A DNA stretch of 64,000 bases from a virus, in IMG/VR virus record IMGVR_UViG_3300020183_000009. One strand, written 5' to 3'. The translations under genes were made by a program, and so were the position numbers. Position 1 is the first letter of the stretch. Each line of letters starts with the position of its first letter. Shown here piece by piece: positions 1 to 9,247 of this stretch. Below the pieces are notes generated by a model. It was not told the origin of the DNA and did not search any database. It worked only from the letters and a program-made list of their open reading frames with translations.

Positions 1-304
1 ATTTTATTTTATCCCCTTCGTATGTACCATTTTCAACATAAGATGTAAAATGAATATTAGGGTATTTTAATTTGGTACCATCATTAAACTCAATAAACGA
101 GTTTCCACTATCACAAGAGTTGTTTAACTTTGGGTTTTGAGAACAAAAACCGAGGCCGGGTTTCCCATATTTCTCTATATAAACTTTAGTTACTATAGGT
201 AATGTATCACCTGTTGATTGTTCCACGATTAATGGTTTTACATCACCGAACGTTGACTCAATTAATTGATAAAATCTTTTATTATATTCATTAATTGTTC
301 TCAT
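1..304 (-). pseudogene. Hypothetical gene (runs off window) with in-frame TAA at codon 7
   Basis: MRTINE*YKRFYQLIESTFGDVKPLIVEQ... frame open to base 1; N-terminus resembles 33385 (RFKELLESSLGNVKPLITEQ); TATTTAT upstream (321-327). Confidence 0.55.
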
Positions 305-696
305 AGTATTTTGTTTAATTATAAATATAAACAATCCGAAAAAAAGGGGGTTGGGGGGATATGTTAAAATTTAACATTTGTTTTAATTGATTCTAACCCT
401 TTACCTTTAGCCTCAATCCATTTGTTTTGATTTTTTAGACTATAATAATATTTTCCATTGTTGATTCTAGTAATTGTCTAAATCTATTCTTGTCCATAAT
501 TTTGTTTTATTATAAAAATACCGATATTCTATATTGGGAAATAGTTTCCAAATTTTTCCAGAAATTCTTTTTTGATATTTGGGTTCTTTTTAAAATCAGG
601 GTCCTGTTTCTGTGGAAAATAAAAAACCCCCTCTTTATTAGAGGAAGTATTGGCAACCCAAAGGGAAAATTTTTAGAAATAACCAAATAATATTAA

Positions 697-1134
697 TCAA
701 TCTTCATAATAACCGCCCATATCGGTGGGGTTATCTCGTTTATTCTTTTCACTTGCAATTTCATCCCTTACCCACTTTCTAGCTTGTTCCAAAGTGTCAT
801 GGATTTTTTTATCTAATCTTGTTAATTTATCCGGTGCTTTGTAATTAGTTGGGTTATCTTGGTAATAAACATAAAATTTAGCCTCTTGTTCAGTTTTACC
901 TTGTTTGTATACATAATAATTCCTTGCAGTATCTGCATCAAAGTAAAATTGAAATGGACCATCCACCATTTGATTTATAGTTGTTGTCTGAGTGGGAGCC
1001 GTGGTTGTCTGAGTGGTAGCCGTGGTTGTCTGAGTGGTAGCCGTGGTTGTTTGTTCCTTTAACAAAATTCTTCTTTGCTCCAAAAGAACATTCGATTGTT
1101 GCATGTGTCTTATTTTACTATAACTTCTGTTCAT
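697..1134 (-). CDS. Hypothetical Thr-rich protein with LLEQ/LKEQ leader
   Basis: 145 aa ORF; TATTTAT upstream (1151-1157); TTTATTQ repeats. Confidence 0.8.
   Translation of the reverse strand: MNRSYSKIRHMQQSNVLLEQRRILLKEQTTTATTQTTTATTQTTTAPTQTTTINQMVDGPFQFYFDADTARNYYVYKQGKTEQEAKFYVYYQDNPTNYKAPDKLTRLDKKIHDTLEQARKWVRDEIASEKNKRDNPTDMGGYYED
991..1050. repeat. 21-bp tandem repeat (~3 copies) encoding TTTA(T/P)TQ
   Basis: ggttgtctgagtgg(t/g)agccgt units. Confidence 0.85.
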
Positions 1135-1191
1135 GGTATTTCTTTTTAATATAAATATACAGAGTCCTTAAAAAGGGAGTGAACGGACGGT

Positions 1192-1692
1192 CTATACCAT
1201 ATTACTTTTTAAACGATTATCTTTTGCCCATAGAGGTTGGAGATTTTTATAATGACATAATTTAGTTACATCATCTTCACAAGTTGCGGTAGAAATGGGA
1301 ATGATATGGTCAATCTCCCATTCCCCATGATTATCCCAAGTCATACCTTCTTGAAACAATGATTCAAAGTATTCCTTAACAACAATCCAATCTTCCCCAA
1401 GTATAACATAGGATTTAGATTTCTTGGTATAACCTTTTCTCTTAAAAGATGTCCGTATAGATTGCCTCATAATTTGAATGAAATTGGTAAGGGGGTTTTC
1501 ACGTTCCTTCTTACGTTTTCTCATGACATCATACTTCTTGAGTTCCTTGTCATACTCGGGGTCGTTCTTCCTACGTTCCTGTTTCTGTATATAACGAATC
1601 TTATTCTCACAGGATTTACACTTAGGTCTTGTACCCCCCCTATAGTCCTTCAAAGGTTTTAACTCATTACAATGTTTACAGATTTTCTCCAT
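1192..1692 (-). CDS. HNH endonuclease with N-terminal Zn-finger
   Basis: CxxC...CxxC; WEIDHIIP...HYKNLQPLWAKDNRLKSN; TAACTTTG promoter at 1697-1704. Confidence 0.85.
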   Translation of the reverse strand: MEKICKHCNELKPLKDYRGGTRPKCKSCENKIRYIQKQERRKNDPEYDKELKKYDVMRKRKKERENPLTNFIQIMRQSIRTSFKRKGYTKKSKSYVILGEDWIVVKEYFESLFQEGMTWDNHGEWEIDHIIPISTATCEDDVTKLCHYKNLQPLWAKDNRLKSNMV

Positions 1693-1763
1693 ATAACAAA
1701 GTTACAAAAAAATATGGAAATAAAAAACCCCTCCGTTGAAGGAAGGGTTAATTATTTTTTTAC

Positions 1764-2114
1764 TTACCTTATTGTGGTTGTCTGAGTTGTGTTTGGTTGG
1801 TACTGAGTTTTAGGTGCGGTTGTGGTAGTTGTTGTATTAGGTGTGTTTATAACTTGAGCAAGTCCCAAACTTCTCCATAAACTATTAGTTAGTCTATCAT
1901 CAAAAGGTTGTAGATTATTTTGTGTTTTATATTTAATGATTGCTTGTTTTGTTGAGTCATTCATAATACCGTCAGGTGTTAGATTAAGTTTTTTCTGAAC
2001 GGCAACAATTGGGTTATTAGGATTCACAGTAGTTGTTGTAGTTGTACCACTAACTTGTTCATACAAACCCATGATATGTTTTTTTTCTTCTTCCGTTATA
2101 ATGAATTTTCCCAT
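1764..2114 (-). CDS. Peptidoglycan-binding-domain protein with IITEEE leader
   Basis: VAVQKKLNLTPDGIMNDSTKQAIIKYK resembles PG_binding_1. Confidence 0.65.
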   Translation of the reverse strand: MGKFIITEEEKKHIMGLYEQVSGTTTTTTVNPNNPIVAVQKKLNLTPDGIMNDSTKQAIIKYKTQNNLQPFDDRLTNSLWRSLGLAQVINTPNTTTTTTAPKTQYQPNTTQTTTIR

Positions 2115-2311
2115 AATATTATTTTAATATAAATACATTGTCATAAAACAAAAAACTCCATATCATAGGGGGTTAATTAATTTACCATTGGTAGAATTGA
2201 ACCTCACGGAAACAAACCAATCTATAAAATAATTGGAAGAAACATTGACTCATTGATACATTAGATTATTTTTTACTTACCCATAGAGGTATAAACAAAA
2301 AATAATTCACA

Positions 2312-2614
2312 ATGGAAATGTTTTATTTTACACTAGGTTTTCTTACGATTTTTGCTCTTATTTTAGTTGGGGTTCTGGTTGTGGGTATGATTAAGTTGTA
2401 TAGATTAAACCAAGAACTCCAAAACGAAAAAATAAATTTCAGAAGAGACATTGAAGGTATCTTTCGTCTTTTTGAAGAGAAGAATCGTGATTGGAGGGAA
2501 ACTGTTGATAGTATTCATAGAGAGATGGATAGAAGGATTGATTCCGTCACCCGCGAAACTATTAGTTACACAGACAAAAGGATTGACACACACTTAATCA
2601 GAAAAAAAGATTAA
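2312..2614 (+). CDS. Small membrane-anchored coiled-coil protein
   Basis: N-terminal hydrophobic helix then charged heptads. Confidence 0.7.
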   Translation: MEMFYFTLGFLTIFALILVGVLVVGMIKLYRLNQELQNEKINFRRDIEGIFRLFEEKNRDWRETVDSIHREMDRRIDSVTRETISYTDKRIDTHLIRKKD

Positions 2615-2648
2615 AAAGAAACCCACTTCAAAAGAGTGGGTTTTTTAA
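2615..2648. terminator. Bidirectional intrinsic terminator
   Basis: aacccactt-caaa-agagtgggtt-type hairpin flanked by A and T tracts. Confidence 0.75.
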
Positions 2649-2649
2649 T

Positions 2650-2666
2650 TGGTGGAGATGGGGGGA
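2650..2666 (-). other. tmRNA/tRNA-like 3'-end remnant (TCCCCCCATCTCCACCA)
   Basis: Acceptor-stem-like 3' end with CCA directly before the terminator; no intact T-loop or 5' end found. Confidence 0.35.
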
Positions 2667-3256
2667 AACAATAATCCTTCAAAAGGTTCTCACTTAAACG
2701 TGTAATCTCAACGTTTTTTATATTGTGATTCTGACAAAATTATTTTCATATTTAATTAATACCTCATGGGTGGTCCCACAATCTTTACACACCTCCTCAA
2801 CCAAGATATATTCTTCATCCATATTACATATGATATTATAACACTATGATTTTGTCAAAAATTTTCCAGAAATTTTTTTTTCGATTTTGACCTTTTTTAG
2901 GGACAAAAGGTTTTTAGGGGGGAACTTATATATAAGGGGAAATTTTCCAAAAAATTTTAGAAAGTATTTTTTTAAACGTATACATTAATTTTGGGATTAA
3001 CCCCCATTTTTGGGGTGACCCCTCCCCTATATAGAGGGGGGATACGTAGGGGGGAGGGGGTGTACCCCCCCATATACCCCCATAGAGGGGGATAGGAGGG
3101 ACCTATTACATGGGGACATGACGGGAGATGTAATATCCCTCCCCTCCGTCTAATGGTCTCTAATAAGGTCATGTCATTTCAGGGACATATACAAATAAAC
3201 TTATCAACATGTCAGGATGTCATGTTAATAACTAATCGAATAAACATGGGGGAAAG

Positions 3257-3288
3257 TTTGGTGGTCTCAGATATAATCCGTACCTTTG
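3257..3288 (+). promoter_or_regulatory. Bacteroidota-type sigma70 promoter (TTTG-N20-TACCTTTG)
   Basis: Matches the -33/-7 consensus; no ORF immediately downstream. Confidence 0.7.
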
Positions 3289-3294
3289 TATTGT

Positions 3295-3420
3295 CAGTGG
3301 TTAAGACCGAGACGGGTTCGACAGAGAGACAGGTCGCAGAGGGTGGACTCCAACCTGCCTTATAGTTTTTAAAAGTAGGGACGTGATGGAGTCTACTCGG
3401 TCCCCATCTTCTGAATGGTT
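3295..3420. ncRNA. Candidate structured small RNA(s) between convergent promoters
   Basis: GC-rich; 12-bp complementarity 3341-3352/3387-3398; hairpins CAGGT/ACCTG and GGGAC/GTCCC; opposing TACCTTTG at 3427-3434. Confidence 0.45.
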
Positions 3421-3493
3421 ACACTACAAAGGTACGAAAAAAAAAATACATTTACTAATAGTATTTTAAATATATTATCCGTATCTTTGTAGT

Positions 3494-3943
3494 ATGAGAT
3501 TCCTATCACGTATCATAGAGTATTGTAATGTCATGTCCAAGTATGGTCATTACTCTCGTGTCACCGACCTTAGTTGTAGTGAACGTAGAGACCTTGCTCA
3601 GTTCTGTCTTGATTATTGTATCGAGAACATCGGTCTACCTAAACGTAAGTCTACCCCCAAGTTTTCAATTGTAAAGGGGAAGTTAGTTGGTACCTATGGT
3701 CAATACCATGATAATAAAATCTATGTGTACTATAATGAGTGTAAGACTGTTGGTTATTTTATCTTTACCTTTATTCATGAGTATGCTCACCACACTCAGA
3801 ACTTAAAGAACTATGATAAGGTTCTTAGTCGTGTGGGATATGAGAATCACCCATTGGAGATTGAAGCCAATGAGGTTGCTAAAGAATATAAACAAGACTG
3901 TCTTGAACAGTTCCGTAAATACATAATGTCATATGATGAGTAG
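3494..3943 (+). CDS. Zincin-like metallopeptidase
   Basis: HEYAH (HExxH) plus downstream HPLEIEA; TATCTTTG promoter at 3482-3489. Confidence 0.75.
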   Translation: MRFLSRIIEYCNVMSKYGHYSRVTDLSCSERRDLAQFCLDYCIENIGLPKRKSTPKFSIVKGKLVGTYGQYHDNKIYVYYNECKTVGYFIFTFIHEYAHHTQNLKNYDKVLSRVGYENHPLEIEANEVAKEYKQDCLEQFRKYIMSYDE

Positions 3944-4068
3944 TTTAATAGTACTCGGGATTATATTCCTTAGTGGATTGGTCCTGTTGTTTTTAATTGT
4001 TGCACTTGAGGTTCTTACTTATAGTCTTGGGGAAGACCATTGGTTTACAAAATGGTTCAGAAAGAATA

Positions 4069-4371
4069 TCATCTCACATGAGGACCTTGAGCCTTGATGA
4101 ATTGAAAGGAGTCTTCCCTAATCATCATGTCCACCTCACTGAAGTCTTCACTTGATAGTGGGGACTTCTTATGAATGTATTCTATTACATCCCCCATGTC
4201 TGCTGACATCAGTAAGTATATGGTCTCACTCTGTAGTCTTGATAATGGTGGTCTCTCCATATAGAGACACTCTCCTTTGAACTCTCCGTTCACATATGTA
4301 ACCTTATATAGGTCTCCATCTTTAGTTACCTCCTTGGTAAACTCGTTTAGGTACAGTTTTTTTTCACTCAT
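4069..4371 (-). CDS. Hypothetical protein
   Basis: 100 aa ORF. Confidence 0.6.
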   Translation of the reverse strand: MSEKKLYLNEFTKEVTKDGDLYKVTYVNGEFKGECLYMERPPLSRLQSETIYLLMSADMGDVIEYIHKKSPLSSEDFSEVDMMIREDSFQFIKAQGPHVR

Positions 4372-5101
4372 AATTGTTAATAACTTTTTTAAAAAACCCT
4401 CATGACATACTGTCAGGGGGAATTGTTGATAACTTTTTTCTAAAAAAAAGTGTTAAAATATTTGGAATTGTCAAAATGTCAGTCACGCTTTGAGATGGGG
4501 ATAATCGCTTTACCACTATTTCCCCCACATTTTACCACCATTGTTCCCCACTATTTACCACCGATATTGTCGTTCTTGATACGACCAGCCTAAAAAAACC
4601 CCCTCTACTGATACTCTAAACACTAATTTTTTAACTATATATAAAACCCAGCAAATAATAATAGTAATGGTACAGTAAGCGGGGAAACACTTTAGTGTGT
4701 TAGAATAGTACTTCAACGACCACTTTAAGTGGGACTTTGTGGGACTCTTCTAACAATTCCCCTGACATTTAGACATACCATAACAATTATAATAAAGTTA
4801 CCTTAATAGTTAAATACTTGTTCATTAAATCTTTTTGTTCACGTACCGTGAACATCCTCTAAAAATGAACACCATAACTTACTACTTAGTAACTTACCAT
4901 ATGGTAACATTAGACTATAACCTTATAATCATTCATTATAAGGTCCTGACCTTATATTAAGATTACCTCATCTATACACTAAAATACCACCATAACAATT
5001 TACTTGTATGTCACCACTATATAGGGGGAAATGATATGACACAATTATGAACGTAGTTTTTTAGTGACACCACTGAAGGTGGGGGAACGATTACGAAGTA
5101 A

Positions 5102-5139
5102 AAAAAACGAGAGTGAGTGATTGGGTTATATTATTTCAC
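5102..5139 (+). repeat. 38-bp direct repeat, copy 1
   Basis: aaaaaacgagagtgagtgattgggttatattatttcac, identical to 6610-6647. Confidence 0.95.
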
Positions 5140-5847
5140 AGTGATGATATACCACTTACCATCATAATCCTCCACAAGACATGTAGAGTTTTCACAGAAG
5201 TCTCCTGAGTTCATATAGTCGTCATCTAACTTAGGTTGGTGTATATGTCCACATACCGCAACATCATATCCTTTTTGTTTTGTTAGACCTTTGGCGTTTT
5301 GTTCGAAATCAGATACGAAATTGATTGCCCCTTTTACAGATTGTTTTATATCATTTGCTAATGAGTGATATGGTAAATTAAACTTCTGTCTTATGTAGTT
5401 ATATACTGTGTTTAATCTTATAACAAAATCATATGACCATCCACCGATTACTGCCAACCATCTTACTTTCATGATTACAAAATCTAATACATCCCCATGG
5501 AAACAGAAATACTTTCGTCCGTCTAATCCTATATGAACATACTTCCTAACAATCTCTATGTTATTCATCTTAAATGGTACGAATGGTTTTAGAAAGTCAT
5601 CATGATTTCCTCTTAGGTATATAACCTTCGTTCCTTCTTCGCTTCTCTTCATAAACCTTCTAAATACTTTAGAACATTCTTTGGTCCACTTACCATTTGA
5701 CTTCATTGCCCATCCATCTATAATATCCCCATTAAGAATTAATATCTCTGATTCATTTTTTTCTAAAAATTTTAATATCTTCTTTGTTTGTGATTGTCTT
5801 GCTCCTAAATGTAAATCACTCATTATTATTGTTCTCCACTTTTTCAT
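5131..5847 (-). CDS. LpxH-like UDP-2,3-diacylglucosamine diphosphatase / calcineurin-like metallophosphoesterase
   Basis: SDLHLG, GDIID, GNHD, HGD, GHIH, NSGD motifs. Confidence 0.85.
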   Translation of the reverse strand: MKKWRTIIMSDLHLGARQSQTKKILKFLEKNESEILILNGDIIDGWAMKSNGKWTKECSKVFRRFMKRSEEGTKVIYLRGNHDDFLKPFVPFKMNNIEIVRKYVHIGLDGRKYFCFHGDVLDFVIMKVRWLAVIGGWSYDFVIRLNTVYNYIRQKFNLPYHSLANDIKQSVKGAINFVSDFEQNAKGLTKQKGYDVAVCGHIHQPKLDDDYMNSGDFCENSTCLVEDYDGKWYIITVK

Positions 5848-6548
5848 TTCCAGTATGTATTGTCGTTTGAAAAGAATTCTTTATTGTTCCTGTTGAAGAA
5901 TGATTTAATCATTAACTTCATCATATATAATATCCCCTTGTTATCAAACCTTCTTGGTAGTGTGAATATGGTTCTATTTAATATCTTAAATCTTTTTTGT
6001 TTTATCTGTTTGGATAGTAAGTAATCTTCTGATACTTGCACTTCTTCGTCAAACCCTCCTAATTTGTTAAATGTTTCGGTCCTGAATAACATGAACCCTC
6101 CTAAACAAAATGGCGATATTCTCTTTGATATTTTCTGTATCACGTCAAACGTTCTGAATACATAATTGTATTTCCCACTTGTTGTTCTTACCTTTGTGGT
6201 TAATAGGTCCGACTTGTGTAACCTCATCTCCCTTATTGCGTCCGTTAATAAACTTGAATCTAATAAGAACATGTCTGAATCCATGAATAATACATACGGT
6301 GTTTTTACCAACCGTGCTCCATTATTTCTTGCTTTGGCTGGTAAACCCCCATTGATTATCTTTAAGTTAAACCTGTCCTGATTTCTGACCTCTAATTGGT
6401 ATGTTGTCCCATCGTCTGAAGAGTCGGCGACTATTACTTCCACGTTTTCTATATTGTCTTGGAAGTTTAGTAAGGTTAAAGTCGCGTCTATCGTCTTTAA
6501 TTCATTCTTACATGGAATCACTATAGTTAAAAATTTTGATAGTTCCAT
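5844..6548 (-). CDS. Glycosyltransferase family 2
   Basis: TIVIPCKNE, VIVAD, ARNNG, FMDSD, GGFDE..SED motifs. Confidence 0.9.
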   Translation of the reverse strand: MELSKFLTIVIPCKNELKTIDATLTLLNFQDNIENVEVIVADSSDDGTTYQLEVRNQDRFNLKIINGGLPAKARNNGARLVKTPYVLFMDSDMFLLDSSLLTDAIREMRLHKSDLLTTKVRTTSGKYNYVFRTFDVIQKISKRISPFCLGGFMLFRTETFNKLGGFDEEVQVSEDYLLSKQIKQKRFKILNRTIFTLPRRFDNKGILYMMKLMIKSFFNRNNKEFFSNDNTYWK

Positions 6549-6609
6549 ACATATAATTATTTTGTTAATGTATGGAATGACGCTATTAAAAGGTTAAATC
6601 TATATGAAT

Positions 6610-6647
6610 AAAAAACGAGAGTGAGTGATTGGGTTATATTATTTCAC
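6610..6647 (+). repeat. 38-bp direct repeat, copy 2
   Basis: Identical to 5102-5139. Confidence 0.95.
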
Positions 6648-6662
6648 TATATTTATATTTAT

Positions 6663-6974
6663 ATGAAATCAGAATTAAAAGGTATTGTTAAGTATATTGA
6701 GAAAGTGTACAACCCATCTAAGATTAAAATTATTAATTATGTAGAATTTATCAATGAACCTCTTGTTAGTCTTTTCTTTGATGAAATTAGTGATGACTTT
6801 ATAACCAACCCTCAGTCAAATAACATTAAACGATTAAAAGAAAAAAATTTGGAAAGACAAATCAGGAAGGATATATATAACTACTTCGGTGTTATGACCT
6901 CGGGTTTAACTCTTGATGGGTCTTCTCCCTATACTTTCCATGGTTTGACTATTGATGTTCATTTAAGGGATTAG
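6663..6974 (+). CDS. Hypothetical protein
   Basis: Start moved to MKSELK directly after TATTTATATTTAT. Confidence 0.7.
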   Translation: MKSELKGIVKYIEKVYNPSKIKIINYVEFINEPLVSLFFDEISDDFITNPQSNNIKRLKEKNLERQIRKDIYNYFGVMTSGLTLDGSSPYTFHGLTIDVHLRD

Positions 6975-7441
6975 TTATTCTCTAAATTATCCATATAGTA
7001 ACCTAAAACCATATTAAAGATATCATCTAATATATCTTTTGGTAGTTCTTCATAGTGACGATATGTTTCCCCTAAATCTGTTTCATATTTATATCCCCCA
7101 TAATGGAATACTGCAACATCTTCTTTATATATCATTTCTATTTGTGAAAGTTTACCGTCTTCATCCCTAAGAACTATCGGGTTTTCATTCATATCCATTA
7201 GTGTGATATATTCATCTTCATCATCGTTAGTGTGAGCGGTTGTCTCTACTATCTCTTTGATAATCTTAATCTTATTGTTTGTTGACAGGAACTCATCCCC
7301 TAAAATACTTAGAAGGTCTTCTACACTTCCGACCATCTCTGCGGTCTTTAGAAATCCCAGCTTACTTGCCAGAATTAATAACTTCATTTGTTTTTCGGTT
7401 TCTTCCCTTAATATTCTTCTTATGGATTCTTGTAGGTTCAT
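6971..7441 (-). CDS. MNLQE-leader protein with short helical (HTH-like) module
   Basis: MNLQESIRRILREE; LGFLKTAEMVG. Confidence 0.85.
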   Translation of the reverse strand: MNLQESIRRILREETEKQMKLLILASKLGFLKTAEMVGSVEDLLSILGDEFLSTNNKIKIIKEIVETTAHTNDDEDEYITLMDMNENPIVLRDEDGKLSQIEMIYKEDVAVFHYGGYKYETDLGETYRHYEELPKDILDDIFNMVLGYYMDNLENN

Positions 7442-7947
7442 TATGATTGGTAATCAAAATCGTAGTTTATTATATGTTCTGGCGATATAATACCTTCATA
7501 CGCTATTGCTCCCCATATATCAATACTCTCAATTATTTTATCTTCATCAGTATTGGCTTTATTCCATTTATATTGATTCATAATATAATCATCGTCCCAC
7601 GTAATTTTATTAGGATTTAATTGAGTAACATCAATTGTTAATCTAACAATAGGTTTTTCATCTTCTTCGTTCTCATAGTAATCATCCATAATGTCCATTA
7701 AATCTTGTGGTAAGTTTGCCCCATATAAACTAGATTTATTTGTTAAAAACACACCCTGAATCCCTTTTTCATAAAAAGAGTTTGGGTATTTTCGGGGGAT
7801 TAAACCTTCTTCTTGTATTTCGTCCAAATTATGTGTTGGGGTATAATGATATAGATATTTACCCTTAATAAGGTATGGTTTTAATTTATCTATTAAACTA
7901 TTAAATTCTTCCCTTAATACTCTTCTTATGGTTTCTTGTAGGTTCAT
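7441..7947 (-). CDS. MNLQE-leader protein, Tpt1/ART-like fold
   Basis: LYHYTP..NLDEIQEEGLIP...VFLT...I.P pattern. Confidence 0.7.
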   Translation of the reverse strand: MNLQETIRRVLREEFNSLIDKLKPYLIKGKYLYHYTPTHNLDEIQEEGLIPRKYPNSFYEKGIQGVFLTNKSSLYGANLPQDLMDIMDDYYENEEDEKPIVRLTIDVTQLNPNKITWDDDYIMNQYKWNKANTDEDKIIESIDIWGAIAYEGIISPEHIINYDFDYQS

Positions 7948-7948
7948 A

Positions 7949-8359
7949 TTATTCAGTTCCTTTATGTATTAATGTTAGTGCCTGAGGAGGGATTCTATCA
8001 AATGTGACGATATGTTTGTCTTGTTTTTCAGAAAATAAATGAGTGTCTTCATACCACACCACATCGGGTATCATTGATGTATCTATCGCCCATACATCAC
8101 CATCCCATTTTGTTGCAAACCATTGTTTTGGGTTTTTACTATTTGTTGCAAATATCGCAGGTTTACATTTGGTTATACTCATAATTCCAACATATTCCTT
8201 ATAACAAAAACCAACTTTAGGTATTAAACCATTTTCCATAATTGATTTTCTATTTTTTTTATCTGACTTATGAATTATAGTTTTTTTTGGTTTAACAATA
8301 TCTCCTTCAGGTGAATAAAGTTCCCTTAATACTCTTCTTATGGTTTCTTGTAGGTTCAT
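7949..8359 (-). CDS. MNLQE-leader protein, Tpt1/ART-like fold (paralog of 12572 N-domain)
   Basis: IIHKS..NRKSIMENGLIP...AIFATNS...HIVTFDRIP. Confidence 0.75.
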   Translation of the reverse strand: MNLQETIRRVLRELYSPEGDIVKPKKTIIHKSDKKNRKSIMENGLIPKVGFCYKEYVGIMSITKCKPAIFATNSKNPKQWFATKWDGDVWAIDTSMIPDVVWYEDTHLFSEKQDKHIVTFDRIPPQALTLIHKGTE

Positions 8360-8428
8360 TTATAAATTTTTTATTGGTAGTTTATCTACACCAAGTAAAT
8401 TTAATAGATTAGCTCTATGGTTAAAAAT
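8360..8428 (-). pseudogene. C-terminal remnant of a ParB/Srx-like gene
   Basis: IFNHRANLLNLLGVDKLPIKNL* with no start, in frame after the upstream stop. Confidence 0.35.
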
Positions 8429-9223
8429 TTAGATAGTTCCATACATATAATTATTTTTCAATTTCATGTCTTTAATAAACTTATCATAAGACGCTTTATA
8501 TGATTTTTGTGTTTCATCGTTAGCGTTTTTGGTATATTGCCAGTTCCAATAAAGTTTGTCGTTAGGTTTGAATCCATAAAATCGATGAACTTCTTTTTGT
8601 ATTTCAGTGACGTTCTCACCATTCCAATTTTGTCCAACACAAATGAACCCTGTTTCAATATTTTTAACAAGGTTTGATTCACCAAGTGTTGTGTGTCTGT
8701 TTTCAATCCAATTTAATCTTTCCATTAAATTCTGATAGTACATGTTTGCTTGTCCCCACCTAATTGAAGAAAAGAATAACAAAGCATCTGATTCAAATAA
8801 CTCCTTTGATACTTTCCATAGTTGGTCTGACGGTTCGTTAATGTTTACCCAACATCTATGATGACCTGATGGGTTCTTTTTCTTATCTTTGAGCATTGCT
8901 TTTAACAACCCACAAGAGTTTCCATCGGCTCTTGATACATTACCTTCACAAGGAAGTATTTTAAGTTCTGTGATATCTATTAAAACCGCCTTATCACCAA
9001 GTTCTTCTTTGATGTGTAGTGCTAATAGTTTTGATTTCGGAATGTCGGGTTTTTTGGGGTCGAATTGGTATCTATTTGAACATGAAAGTAAAAGAACTTT
9101 ATCTTTCTTTTTTAAGATGTCTATGGTTTGTTTTAGTTTTTTATAACCATCACTTTGCACCATTTCTTCTGACAACATAAGTTGTCTTAATCTCACTAAT
9201 TCTTCTTCTAAAATAGACTTCAT
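8429..9223 (-). CDS. Flavodoxin-like / NADPH-dependent FMN reductase fold protein with ILEE..LSEE leader
   Basis: LLLSCSNR, ILPCEG, ESDALLFFSSIRWG..MERL pattern. Confidence 0.7.
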   Translation of the reverse strand: MKSILEEELVRLRQLMLSEEMVQSDGYKKLKQTIDILKKKDKVLLLSCSNRYQFDPKKPDIPKSKLLALHIKEELGDKAVLIDITELKILPCEGNVSRADGNSCGLLKAMLKDKKKNPSGHHRCWVNINEPSDQLWKVSKELFESDALLFFSSIRWGQANMYYQNLMERLNWIENRHTTLGESNLVKNIETGFICVGQNWNGENVTEIQKEVHRFYGFKPNDKLYWNWQYTKNANDETQKSYKASYDKFIKDMKLKNNYMYGTI

Positions 9224-9247
9224 AATAATAAATATCACCTAACTTGT

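Larger units (their letters stand above)
2850..5100. other. Gene-poor, repeat-rich region; candidate replication origin/control region
   Basis: TTAT(C/T)AACA 9-mers at 3201, 3223, 4375, 4424; TGTCA/TGACA clusters; TTTACCAC repeats 4508-4562; G/C runs 3000-3100. Confidence 0.4.

Noticed and set aside
2650-3060. Intact tmRNA gene
   Set aside because: Only the last ~17 nt match; no T-loop, tag frame or 5' acceptor strand seen.
2972-3365. ORFs 2972-3172 and 3153-3365
   Set aside because: Products of low-complexity GC-rich or regulatory sequence with atypical composition.
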